Positions 11,854-21,489 of a stretch of 64,000 nucleotides of DNA are shown in pieces (within the stretch, counting starts at the first letter, position 1; each line of letters starts with the position of its first letter). This DNA is from Terriglobia bacterium (lineage in GTDB: Bacteria; Acidobacteriota; Terriglobia; Bryobacterales; Bryobacteraceae): contig CAWFIJ010000017.1 of the NCBI GenBank assembly GCA_963815855.1, forward strand, positions 13,416 to 77,415. Reading direction: 5' to 3'. Made by a program: the position numbers and the translations under genes. The notes under the pieces are model-generated. The model was not told the DNA's origin. It was given only the letters and a program-made list of their open reading frames with translations, and ran no database searches.

Positions 11854-13185
11854 TGCCCGAAGCTCAAATTGCAGTCGCATCGCATCGCACAGGTTCTGGA
11901 AGAAAAGATCCGCAGCGCGCACGGCCCGCGTGGGCATCGTCGGGCTGGGCTACGTCGGCCTGCCGCTGGCCGTGGAATTCGCCAAAGCCGGCTTCACCGT
12001 CACCGGCATCGACATCAGCGAAGCGAAGACCCGCGCGTCAACGCCGGCGAATCCTACGTCGGCGATATCCCCAGTCCGCCACTCTCGGCCCGCTGGTCGA
12101 ATCCGGCAAGCTCCGCGCCACCACCGATTTCTCCGCCGTCCTCGATCTGGACACCATCAACATCTGCGTGCCCACGCCGCTGCGCAAGACCAAGGACCCG
12201 GACATGAGCTACATCGTCTCGTCCTGCCAGGAGATCGCGCAAGTATTTCCACGCCGGCATGCTGGTGATTCTGGAATCCACCACCTATCCCGGCACCACC
12301 GACGAAGTGGTGCTGCCCATGCTCGCGAAATCCGGCCTGGAAGTGGGCACGCGATTTCTTCCTGTGCTTCTCGCCCGAGCGCGTCGACCCCGGCAACCCC
12401 AAGTACCAGACCGCCAACATTCCCAAAGTGGTGGGCGGCGTCACCGCCGCCTGCACCGAGATGGGCCGCGCTGTTCTATTCGCAGGCGCTCGAACACGTG
12501 GTGCCGGTCAGCTCCACGCAGGTGGCGGAAATGGTGAAGCTGCTCGAAAACACCTTCCGCATGATCAACATCGGCCTGGTGAACGAGATCGCGCTGATGT
12601 GCGACCGCATGGGCATCAACGTCTGGGAAGTGATCGACGCCGCCGCCACCAAGCCGTTCGGCTTCATGCCGTTCTATCCCGGCCCCGGCCTGGGCGGCCA
12701 CTGCATTCCCATCGATCCGTTCTACCTTTCCTGGAAGACCAAGCAGGCCGGCATCGAAGCGCGCTTCATCGAGCTGGCCGGCTACATCAACGGCCAGATG
12801 CCGCACTTCGTGGTGGACAAGGTGCAGAACGCGCTGAACGACGCCGGCAAGCCGGTGAAGGGCTCGCGCATCCACGTCATGGGCGTGGCTTACAAGCGCG
12901 ACATCGACGATATGCGCGAATCGCCCGCGCTGGACGTGATGCTGCTGCTCGCAGCGGCGCGGCGCGCAGCTGACGTATAGCGACCCGCACGTGCCCGTGC
13001 TGCGCCTGGACGGCCTGAACCTGCAGGCCTGCCCGGAAGCAGCCGCCGCCGACGCCGATTGCGCCGTCATCATCACCGACCACACCGCCTTCGACTACCG
13101 CGCCCTGGTGGAGCGCGCGCCGCTGATCGTGGACACGCGCAACGCCCTGAAGAAATTCGCCTCGCCGAAAATCGTGAGGCTGTAA
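11854..13185 (+). pseudogene. Nucleotide-sugar (UDP-N-acetyl-hexosamine/UDP-glucose family) dehydrogenase, frame-interrupted
   Basis: GIVGLGYVGLPLAVEFAKAGF, ILESTTYPGTT, FSPERVDPGN, GLGGHCIPIDPFYL, GVAYKRDIDDMRESPA, IITDHTAFDY across ORFs 11930, 12259, 11628 and 12991. The start is uncertain. Confidence 0.8.
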
Positions 13186-13230
13186 ACTTTCGGCGATCAG
13201 CTTTCGAGCGTGTCAGGGACCGCGACACGG

Positions 13231-13340
13231 CCGTGGAGCAAGCTTTCAGGTTGCCATGCCGGCTTTCAAGCCGGCATACCGGATCCAGCCGGAATGCCGG
13301 CAAGGACGCCGGCATGGCCGCCTGAAAGGCGGCTCTACGG
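13231..13340. repeat. REP1 composite palindromic repeat
   Basis: CCGTGGAGCAAGC/TTTCAG/GTTGC-CATGCCGGC/TTTCAA/GCCGGCAT ... TGCCGGC/AAGGAC/GCCGGCA-TGGCCGCC/TGAAA/GGCGGCT-CTACGG. Confidence 0.7.
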
Positions 13341-13433
13341 GGCCGCTGCTAGAATGAATCCTTGCACTGGCCGATTAGCCGCAATCGGTGGGCAAACCGC
13401 GGGATTGCTGATCGTTCGAAACTGGCGGCGTGC

Positions 13434-13917
13434 ATGAAAACCGTCTATCTCAGCCTCGGCTCCAATATCGGCGACCGCGAGGCCAATCTCAATGCCGCCA
13501 TCCACGCCCTGCCGGCGGCCGGAATCGGCGTGGTCCGCGTCTCGCCCATATACGAAACCGAGCCCGTCGATTACACCAATCAGCGCTGGTTCCTCAACCT
13601 CGTGGTCGAGGCCGAAACCGAGCTGATGCCCATGCAACTCCTCGCCCGCACCGCCCGCATCGAGCGCGAGCTGGGCCGCACCCGCGGCATCGCCAAGGGA
13701 CCGCGCACCATCGATATCGACATCCTCTTCTACGGCAAGGCGGTGGTCCACGCCGCCACCCTCGAAATTCCGCATCCGCGCCTGCGCGGAGCGCCGCTTC
13801 GTGCTCGCGCCCCTGGCCGATCTTGCCCCCGACCTCCGCCATCCCGTCACCCGTCAGACCATCCGCGGCCTGCTCGACGCCGCCCCGCCCCAGACCGTCC
13901 GCCTGTTACACTCGTAG
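13434..13917 (+). pseudogene. folK: 2-amino-4-hydroxy-6-hydroxymethyldihydropteridine diphosphokinase, one frame change
   Basis: MKTVYLSLGSNIGDREANL...SPIYETEPV...GPRTIDIDILFYG...LEIPHPRL, then RRFVLAPLADLAP in another frame. TAG at 13915-13917. Confidence 0.8.
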
Positions 13918-13923
13918 TTCACA

Positions 13924-15900
13924 GTGCCCGACCTCCACGCAGCCCTGAAGCGCTACTGGGGCTACGATTCCTTCCGCCCCATGCAGGAGCGCATTATCCA
14001 GAGCCTGCTGGCGGGCCGCGACGCCGCCGTGGTCATGCCCACCGGCGGCGGCAAATCGCTGTGCTACCAGTTGCCCGCGCTGGTGCTCGGCCAGACCGTG
14101 GTGGTGGTCTCGCCGCTCATCGCGCTCATGCAGGACCAGGTGGCGCAACTCGCCGAAATGGGCATTCCCGCCGCGCTCGCTCAACAGCTCGCAGGCGCCC
14201 GACGAGCAGCGCGCGGTCATGCGCGCCGCCGCCCAGGGCGCCTTCCGCCTGCTCTATCTTTCGCCCGAGCGCCTGGCCCGCCCCGACACCGTCGCCTGGC
14301 TGGAGCGCGTGCCGCTGGCCTTCTTCGCCATCGACGAAGCCCACTGCATCTCCGAATGGGGCCACGAATTCCGCCCCGAATACCGCCAGCTCAGCCTCGC
14401 TGCGCCGCAACTTTCCCGATAAGCCCATCGCCGCCTTCACCGCCAGCGCCACCCGCCGCGTCCGCCACGACATTCTCGAACAGCTCCAGCTCCGCGACCC
14501 GCGACAAGTTCATCGCCAGCTTCCATCGCGCCAACCTGCGCTACGTCGCGCATCAATGCGAAAAGGAGCACGCACCGCCGCCTGCTGCTGGCCGCCGCTG
14601 CGCGCCTACGCCGGCGAAAGCGTGATCGTCTACGCGCCCACCATCGCCGCGGTGGAGGAGACGGTCGATTTCCTGGGCGGCCACGGCATCGCCGCCGTCC
14701 CCTATCACGGCCAGATGGAAACCGCCGCGCGCCGCCGCAACCAGGAGCGCTGGATGAACGACGAAGTGCGCGTGCTGGTGGGCACCATCGCCTTCGGCCT
14801 GGGCATCAACAAGCCCGCCGTGCGCGCCGTGATCCACACCTCGCTGCCCAAATCCATCGAGCAGTATTACCAGGAAGCGGGCCGCGCCGGCCGCGACGGC
14901 CTGCCGTCCGATTGCGTGCTGCTCTGGCAGCCCAAGGACGCCGGCCTGCTGGCCTATTTCATCGACCAGCTGCAGGATCCCGCCGAGAAGCGAGCGCGCC
15001 TGGCAGCGCTACCACGACGTGCGCAACTTCGTCGAAGGCGACCGCTGCCGCCATCTCCAGATCTGCACCCACTTCGGCCAGACTCCGAAATGGCAGCGCT
15101 GCGAAATCGTGCGACGTCTGCGGCAGCCTGCCGGATTGGCTCGAAGCGCCTCCGCCCGCCGAGACCGCGCCGAAAAAGAAGAAAGCGCAAGAGCGCGCAG
15201 CCGCCAGCGTGGGGCAGGCGGTTTCGCCTGCCAAGCCCAGCGATCGGTTGGCCGGCGAAACCGCCCGGCCCACACGCCGCCGCGCGCACGCCGCCTCCGC
15301 CCGCCGCCGCGCCGGACGTCGATCTCGATCTGCTGGCGTTCTTCAAGGAATGGCGCCGCCGCACCGCCGAGCGCGCCGCCGTGCCCGCCTACATCGTGCT
15401 CAGCGATGCCGCGCTGGCCGATCTCTGCCGCAAACAGACCCGCGAATCTGCGCGAGCTGCTGGCCGTCAGCGGCTTCGGCGAGCGCAAGGCGGAGCTGTA
15501 CGGCGCGCGAAATCTTCGCCGCCTTCGAGGCCTTCCGCAACGGCGCCCGCGCCGCCGCCCGCAAAGCCGACGCAGGTCTCCCCCGCCGAGGAGACCATCC
15601 GCCTGCTGGCGGAAGGCAAGAGCTTCGACGAGATCGCCGCAGATCCGCGGCCGCCAGGTCTCCACCGTGGTCAACATGGTGGCCGACCTGGTGGAAAGAG
15701 GCCGCCTGGAATACCGCATGGAATGGGTGGGAGAAGCCGCCCACGACCAGATCGCAGCCGCCATCTCCCGCCTGGGCTCGCAATGGCTGAAGCCGCTGCG
15801 CGAAGCCCTGCCCGCCGAGATCACCTACGAGCAGATCCGCCTGGTGGTGGCGTACGCGCGCGCGGCGGAATCTGCAATTCCCCAGCCGGACCCGGAATAG
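13924..15900 (+). pseudogene. recQ: ATP-dependent DNA helicase RecQ with HRDC and C-terminal HTH-like extension, heavily frame-interrupted
   Basis: GYDSFRPMQERII, MPTGGGKSLCYQLPA, FAIDEAHCISEWGHEFRPEY, AFTASAT, IVYAPT, VGTIAFGLGINKPAVRAVIH, QEAGRAGRDG and the HRDC-like AYIVLSDAALADLC are scattered over ORFs 13924, 14219, 13362, 15019 and 14912. Confidence 0.85.
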
Positions 15901-15918
15901 GATACACTTTTCCCCAGC

Positions 15919-16341
15919 ATGTTTCCGCAACCGGGCAGGCTGTTCCCGCAATTCGGCTCACGGGAGAGGATCGACAGCCTGGTCGGGCCGGAGATCACCA
16001 GGCCCATTCACAAGGGACGCATCATCGAAGCGCGGGTTTCCTTCTGGCTGGCGGTTGCCCTGGTGATTGCAGGCGTTGGCATCTTGATCTGGGCCGTGAT
16101 CGGCGGCTCCGACTTGAGATCAAGCAAGTTCATCGGGGGGCTTCTTGTGAATGTGTTCGGCGGCTTCGTCTTGAAGCTGCACCGCAATGCGGATGCGGAA
16201 CTTTCGATCGCCGTTCGGGATAACGAACGGCAAGAGCTGATCCGCGGCATCCAGGATCCGGTGAAAAGGGATCAGGCGATTCTGGACTACCTGCAATCGC
16301 TCCAGAAAAAAAGCTGGTTCAAACGCGTGTTCGGGCAGTAG
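15919..16341 (+). CDS. Hypothetical 2-TM protein (visibly AT-richer than its surroundings)
   Basis: Intact 140-aa ORF with two TM helices (FWLAVALVIAGVGILIWAVIG, FIGGLLVNVFGGFVL) followed by a charged helical tail. Confidence 0.5.
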   Translation: MFPQPGRLFPQFGSRERIDSLVGPEITRPIHKGRIIEARVSFWLAVALVIAGVGILIWAVIGGSDLRSSKFIGGLLVNVFGGFVLKLHRNADAELSIAVRDNERQELIRGIQDPVKRDQAILDYLQSLQKKSWFKRVFGQ

Positions 16342-16343
16342 TT

Positions 16344-16685
16344 CTATGCGCCGATGCCCGGCAAAACGATCTCTTTCAGCGGTGTCCCGTTTTCGTCCGC
16401 GATGATCAGCTTCCTGTTTCTCTTCGCCTCGTTAGCGGCGATCTTCAGAATGCCGAACGCGTACCGGAACAACTCCTTCATGGAGATGCCGAGATCGTTC
16501 GCCAGGGTTTTCACCTCGAGGGCCACCGACGGCGATACATTAAAGTTCAGCCTCACCGTTTCCGGGCTGGATAGGGCGGGCTGAGACATCACCGGCGCGG
16601 CTACTGGAGGCATCCCTTCTCTGGAGATCCACCACATATCGCCAGGATTCGGAAGCTGCGGTGTTGGTTCTGTCGACATTTCCAT
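16344..16685 (-). CDS. Ribbon-helix-helix (CopG/Arc-like) DNA-binding protein
   Basis: Intact 113-aa ORF. VRLNFNVSPSVALEVKTLANDLGISMKELFRYAFGILKIA fits a beta-strand/helix/helix RHH pattern after a disordered Pro-rich N-terminus. AT-richer codon usage. Confidence 0.55.
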   Translation of the reverse strand: MEMSTEPTPQLPNPGDMWWISREGMPPVAAPVMSQPALSSPETVRLNFNVSPSVALEVKTLANDLGISMKELFRYAFGILKIAANEAKRNRKLIIADENGTPLKEIVLPGIGA

Positions 16686-16693
16686 CTCCTGTC

Positions 16694-16743
16694 TACACCT
16701 ATCTTACACCTTTTATACACCAAACGGACGTAATTTATACACC
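16694..16743. promoter_or_regulatory. Four phased TACACC direct repeats (putative RHH operator)
   Basis: TACACC at 16694, 16705, 16716 and 16738, giving spacings of 11, 11 and 22 bp. They lie immediately upstream of the minus-strand RHH gene start at 16685. Confidence 0.4.
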
Positions 16744-16785
16744 GCAGAGGACGTCGAGATGTCATGACGTGGACTGACCCGCCGG

Positions 16786-17411
16786 TCAGATGAACATTTC
16801 TTCGTCTTGCGTGGCGGAATCGACGGTGGGGCGCCGCTGGCCTTTGGTCAAGGCGGATAGCACGGCCGAAATTCCCGCCGCAATCCCGGTGACTTCGCGC
16901 GCCGGCCGCGTCACCGCGCGTTTCACCGTGCCGATGGCATCCACGGTGGTCTCCACCGTCTGGTCGATCTGCTCCAGGCGCGTGCGCGCGCGCTCGCCGG
17001 CATCCGAGAGCAGGCCGCCCAGCCGCTCCACCTGCTTGCGGCCTTCGCGCGCCACTTCCCGCGCTTCGGCGGAAATCTGCGCCACCAGCGGCCGCGACTC
17101 CTCCACCAGTTGATGGCTGGAAGCCAGCAGCAGCGCCAGTTGGTCCGCCACCGGCCCGAATTTCTCCACCGCGGGGCCGATTTTCTCAATCGCCGGCCCG
17201 GCCTGCTCCGAGAAGCGGTCCGATCTTTTCCATGGCCGCGCCGCCGCTTGCCACCAGCGGTGCGGCTTGCTCGGCCAACTCCTCGATTTTTTTCTGCATG
17301 GCGCGGGCGGCGCGCAAGCGTCGCCGCCCCGATGAGCGCCTGGACAATAAACGCCAGGCACGCCAATCCTACCGCAACCGCAATAAAGATACGAAAAACG
17401 TCATCGGACAT
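16786..17411 (-). pseudogene. Membrane-anchored helical-repeat protein (apolipoprotein/DUF948-like), frame-interrupted
   Basis: The N-terminal TM segment MSDDVFRIFIAVAVGLACLAFIVQALIGA is in ORF 16923..17411. The helical repeats (AIEKIGPAVEKFGPVADQLALLL...) are in ORF 16786..17361. Confidence 0.45.
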
Positions 17412-17435
17412 CGGGCGAATCTTCTCCGGTACTGC

Positions 17436-17756
17436 TTACGGCTGCACCGGTCCCTCGGCTGGCGGCGGGGTTTCGCGGTTCACCGTCTCGCGGTAAGCCT
17501 GCCGGCCGGCCTGCATCGCGTCCGCCAGGTTTTCCTTCTGGCGGTTCAAAGCTTCCTTACCCTTGTCCACCCACTCGGAGGCCGACTGCTTGAACTCCGA
17601 GCTCCGCTGTTTGACGAAGTCCGATCCCTCATTGGCCTTATCTATGATGATCTTCCGGGTCTCTTCCCCGGCTTTCGGCGCAAAAAGTAGGCCGATTCCC
17701 ACACCTACGCCCAATCCTAATAAGAAGCTGGATAATCCGTTCTTGTCCATGTCCAT
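17436..17756 (-). CDS. YtxH domain-containing protein
   Basis: GLSSFLLGLGVGVGIGLLFAPKAGEETRKII is the typical YtxH N-terminus, followed by a helical tail. Intact. Confidence 0.75.
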   Translation of the reverse strand: MDMDKNGLSSFLLGLGVGVGIGLLFAPKAGEETRKIIIDKANEGSDFVKQRSSEFKQSASEWVDKGKEALNRQKENLADAMQAGRQAYRETVNRETPPPAEGPVQP

Positions 17757-17828
17757 GTGATCCTCCTGCGAGCGACGCTACATCACTATTTACGCCATTT
17801 TCAGTATACTCCGCATAGGGAGCCAACG

Positions 17829-18494
17829 ATGGAAGAACGGAAAGCCCGCCTGCTCGAGGCCGAAGCGCTGTGGGCGTATGCGCTCAAAGCCCTGGGCGCC
17901 CGCGCCCATTCGGCTGGAGAATTGCGCGAGAAACTCCGCCGCCGCGCGGCCCGCGCCGCCGACATGGACGAAATTCTGGCCCGCCTGAAGCAGGCCGGAT
18001 ACCTCGACGACCGCCGCTTCGCCGAGAGCTTCGCCTCCGCCCGCCTGGCCAACGACCGCTTCGGCCGCACCCGCGTCCTCCAGGACCTGCGCCAGCACCG
18101 CATCGCCCCCGCGCTGGCCGAGCGCACCGTGAGCCAGGTTTATGAAAACGTGGACGAGCAGGCGCTCATCGAAGCCTGGATCCGCCACAAATACCGCCGC
18201 GAGCCCCGCGAAGGCCTGTTCCAGGACGAAAAGGACATGGCCTCCGCCTACCGCCGCCTGCTCCACGCCGGCTTCCGCACCGGTGAAATCCTTCGCGCCC
18301 TGAAACGCTTCGCCAAGAACCCGGAGCTGCTGGACAGCTTCGAGCCGCCGGCGGAGCAAGAGGGGAAGGACTGGGACCCTCTTAGGGAACGCGGAAGGCG
18401 CGGCGGACAGTTCCAGGGTCTCGCGGCAGAAGGGGCTCTGGCTCCGCGCCGCGCTCCGCGTACGCCGCGCCCGCGATCTAATGCTGACCCCTAA
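17829..18494 (+). CDS. recX: Recombination regulator RecX
   Basis: MEERKARLLEAEALWAYALKALGARAHSAGELREKLRRR...LKQAGYLDDRRFAESFA...RVLQDLRQHRI (three-helix repeats). The C-terminal roughly 45 aa looks like a non-conserved extension. Confidence 0.8.
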   Translation: MEERKARLLEAEALWAYALKALGARAHSAGELREKLRRRAARAADMDEILARLKQAGYLDDRRFAESFASARLANDRFGRTRVLQDLRQHRIAPALAERTVSQVYENVDEQALIEAWIRHKYRREPREGLFQDEKDMASAYRRLLHAGFRTGEILRALKRFAKNPELLDSFEPPAEQEGKDWDPLRERGRRGGQFQGLAAEGALAPRRAPRTPRPRSNADP

Positions 18495-18497
18495 TCC

Positions 18498-19343
18498 CTA
18501 TTCCACCACCGCCGCCCGGTTCACCAACTCCCCGATCTCCGGCACCCGGATGGTCACCATGTCTCCCGCCGCCAGCGCCGCGCCTTCGGGCATGATGATT
18601 CCGGTGCCGGTCAGCATCACCGTTCCCGCCGGCACGCGGTTGGCGCGTCTCAGGAATTCGATCAGCGTTTCGATCCGCCGGTGCAGCCGCTCGGTGGAAA
18701 CGCTGCCCGAAAACAGCTCCCGGCCCTCCCGCGTCACCGTACAGGTCATCTCCAGCCGGTACGGATCGGGCAGCTCGTCCGCCGTCACCATCACCGGCCC
18801 CAGCGCGCAACAGCCGTCGTAGATCTTCGATTGCGGCAGGTACAGCGGGTTTTCGCGCTCGATATCCCAGGCCGAAACGTCGTTGGCCAGCGTGTACGCC
18901 TCGATGCGCCCGCCGCGCCCCAGCACCACGCCCAACTCCGGCTCCGCCGCCGTGAAACGCGAATCCGGCCGGATGCCGATGGCCTGCCCCGTGCCCACGC
19001 AGACTCGCGCCGTGCCCTTGAAGAAAATCTCCGGCCGCGCGCCCCGGTAGACGTCCGCGTACATGCCCTGCACGGTGCCGTGCTCGGCGTCGCGGAACGT
19101 GGCGCTGGCTTCGTAGGTGCACCCGCACGCCCACACTTCCGGCGGATGGATGGGCAGCAGCGGCGGCATTGCCTCGGCGTGGCGGCTGGCCAGTTGCGCC
19201 GCCATCCGCGCCAGCGGCTCGCCCTGCGCCGCCGCCCGCCGGATCAGGTCGAGCGTGCTGTGCACCGGAATCGGCCGCGCCAGCCCGCCCTCGAATACCG
19301 CGGCAATCACCGCCCCTTCGGATTTGACTTGTCCAAGTTGCAT
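18498..19343 (-). CDS. Fumarylacetoacetate hydrolase (FAH) family protein, 2-keto-3-deoxy-pentonate dehydratase-like
   Basis: Intact 281 aa. EPELGVVLGRGG, NDVSAWDIE, KIYDGCCALGPV and LTGTGIIMPEG fit the FAH fold. Confidence 0.85.
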   Translation of the reverse strand: MQLGQVKSEGAVIAAVFEGGLARPIPVHSTLDLIRRAAAQGEPLARMAAQLASRHAEAMPPLLPIHPPEVWACGCTYEASATFRDAEHGTVQGMYADVYRGARPEIFFKGTARVCVGTGQAIGIRPDSRFTAAEPELGVVLGRGGRIEAYTLANDVSAWDIERENPLYLPQSKIYDGCCALGPVMVTADELPDPYRLEMTCTVTREGRELFSGSVSTERLHRRIETLIEFLRRANRVPAGTVMLTGTGIIMPEGAALAAGDMVTIRVPEIGELVNRAAVVE

Positions 19344-19389
19344 AAGAAGAATTCAGACGTGGGTTCCAATCCAAGACCGTCCGACTCAC

Positions 19390-19432
19390 GCCGGCGGCTC
19401 CGATTGCTGCCGCCACCGTAAGGGAGCGCTGC
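19390..19432. repeat. REP2-type repeat (single arm, degenerate)
   Basis: GCGGCTCC...CCACCGTAAGGGAGCGCTGCA. It translates as the spurious MQRSLTVAAAIG of ORF 18478..19434. Confidence 0.5.
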
Positions 19433-19434
19433 AT

Positions 19435-20883
19435 CTAGTATTTCAGATACACCGTCTTGTAATCGCTATAAAATTCCAGCGCCGCCGGGCCCTGCTCCTT
19501 CGGCCCGAAGCTGGATTCCTTGGTGCCGCCGAACGGCAGTTGGTATTCCACGCCCGCGCTCGGCAGGTTCACCGTCAGCAGGCCCGCCTCGGCGCGGTAA
19601 ATATATTCGAACGCGCGCGACAGGTTGCTGGTCTGAATGGACGACGAAAGCCCGAACGGAATGGCGTTGGCGATGCGCATGGCGTCGTCGAAATCCCGCG
19701 CCCGCATCATCGCCAGCACCGGCCCGAAAATCTCTTCGCGCGCGATGGCGTGGTCCTCGGCCACGTCGGCGAACACCGTGGGCGCCACGAAGTAGCCCTT
19801 GGCGAGCCCGTTCGTCCGTCAGCCGCCGGCCGCCGCACTTCGGCTCGCCCGATTCCTTCCGCGCCGATCTCGATGTACCGCAGCACCGTCTCCATCTGCC
19901 CCTGGTCCACGCACGGCCCGATGTCGACGCCCGGCTGCATGCCGTCCCCGACCTTCAGCCGCCGCGTCCGCTCCACCACCGCCGCCACAAAACGGTCGTA
20001 GATCGCCGTCCTCCACAATGGCGCGGCTGGTGGCCGTGCATTTCTGGCCGGTGGAAAAGAACGCCGCGTTGACCACGTTCTCCACGGCCCGTTCGAAATC
20101 GGCGTCCGCCAGCACGATGGTGGGGTTCTTTCCGCCCATCTCCAGTTGAATCCGCAGCCGCCGCTTGGAAGCTTCCCCGTGCAGCCAGTTGCCGGTCTCG
20201 CAGGACCCGGTGAAGGAGACCGCGCGCAGCGGCGCGGCATTGATCAGAGCCTTCCCCAATTCGCCGCCCGGTCCGGCCACGAAATTCACCACGCCCTTGG
20301 GCACGCCCGCTTCGTGCAGCGCCTCGACGATCCGCCACGCGCTCAGCGGCGCTGCCGAAGCCGGCTTCAGCACCGCCGTGTTGCCGCAAATCAGCGCCGG
20401 CGCCAGCTTCCACGCCGGAATCGCGCTGGGGAAATTCCACGGCGTGATCAGCCCCACCACCCCGATCGGCTTGCGCAGCGCGAACATGTGCACGCGCTCG
20501 CGCTCCGACGGCACCAGCATGCCCGGCATGCGCGCGCCCTCGGCCGCGAAGTAGCGCAGGATATTGATGGAGCGGCGCACCTCGCCCTTCGCCTCCGGCA
20601 GCGTCTTGCCTTCCTCGCGCGTCATGTCCGCCGCCATCTGGTCGAAGCGCCCGTCCATGATGTCGGCCGCCTTATACAGAATGTTGCCGCGCGCCGGCCC
20701 GGCCATGCCCGACCACCCCGGCAGCGCCGCCGCTGCAGCCGCCGCCGCATCCTCTATGTCCTGCGCCGTGCCCTTCACAAAGCAGCCGGCCACGTCGTCC
20801 GTGTTGGCGGGGTTGCGGTCCGCAAACGTGTCCGCGCCCTTCACCCACTCGCCGTTGATGTAGTTCGCAAAGATGGTTGTCAT
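19435..20883 (-). pseudogene. NAD(P)-dependent aldehyde dehydrogenase (alpha-ketoglutarate-semialdehyde dehydrogenase-like), frame-interrupted
   Basis: MTTIFANYINGEWV...ITPWNFP...VLKPAS...FTGSCETG...ELGGKNP-like EMGGKNP...STGQKCTA in ORF 19819..20883. The middle is in ORF 19707..20240. EEIFGPVL...PFGGTKESS is in ORF 19435..19788. Confidence 0.85.
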
Positions 20884-21481
20884 TTCCGTAGAGGTTCGTG
20901 CTCCTCTCGGGAACCACGGTGTGACCGTGTTGCCGAATTTTTGGACGAGGCCCCTCCGCCCCGGGCGGCATGCGGACCTGCAAGGCTTCGGTTGGCAGAT
21001 AGTTGGGGTCGCGCCGGAAACCCGCCAGCCGGGCCACGATGTTGTCGGGAAAACGCTGGATCAGCGCGTTGTAGTGCTCCAGCATTTCGTTATAGCGCCG
21101 CCGCTCGACGGCGATGCGGTTTTCCGCGTCCGAAAGCCTCTCCACCACTTCTTCCGATTTCGGCCGCGGCAGCTTCTCCAGCGCCGCCGAAAGCGCGCTG
21201 TTGGCGCGAATCTTGGCGGCGGGCGCGGCCGCCGCCTCGATCGCCCCGGCCGCGCGCAGCAGTTCTTCGCGCGCCGCGGCCTCGCGCCCGCCCTTCGCAG
21301 CCGGCGGGATCAGCTTCGCCACCAGGTCCGCCCGCGCTTGCATCGCTAGGTCCACCTGCGCCCATTCCGTCCCGATGCCCTCCTGCTGCTCGGTCAGCCG
21401 CGCCCGCACCGCGCTATACTCGCCCCACGCCGCCAGCGCGAGCGCGAGCAGCAGCAGATTGACCAGGAGCACAGTGCGCAC
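20880..21481 (-). CDS. lemA: LemA family protein (3' end uncertain)
   Basis: N-terminal TM segment MRTVLLVNLLLLALALAAW, then RIAVERRRYNEMLEHYNALIQRFPDNIVARLAGF. ORF 20672..21481 runs into the ALDH gene. An alternative frame stops at a TGA that overlaps the ALDH ATG. Confidence 0.7.
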
Positions 21482-21489
21482 TCGGTCTC

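Noticed and set aside
18360-18494. The long basic or Pro-rich C-terminal tail of RecX (...GKDWDPLRERGRRGGQFQGL...PRPRSNADP) as a possible extra domain.
   Set aside because: It is low-complexity, ends in a fragment of the G/C-tract repeat (CCCCTAATCCCTA), and has no motif. It is more likely read-through into intergenic or repeat sequence, or an indel-shifted stop, than a functional domain.
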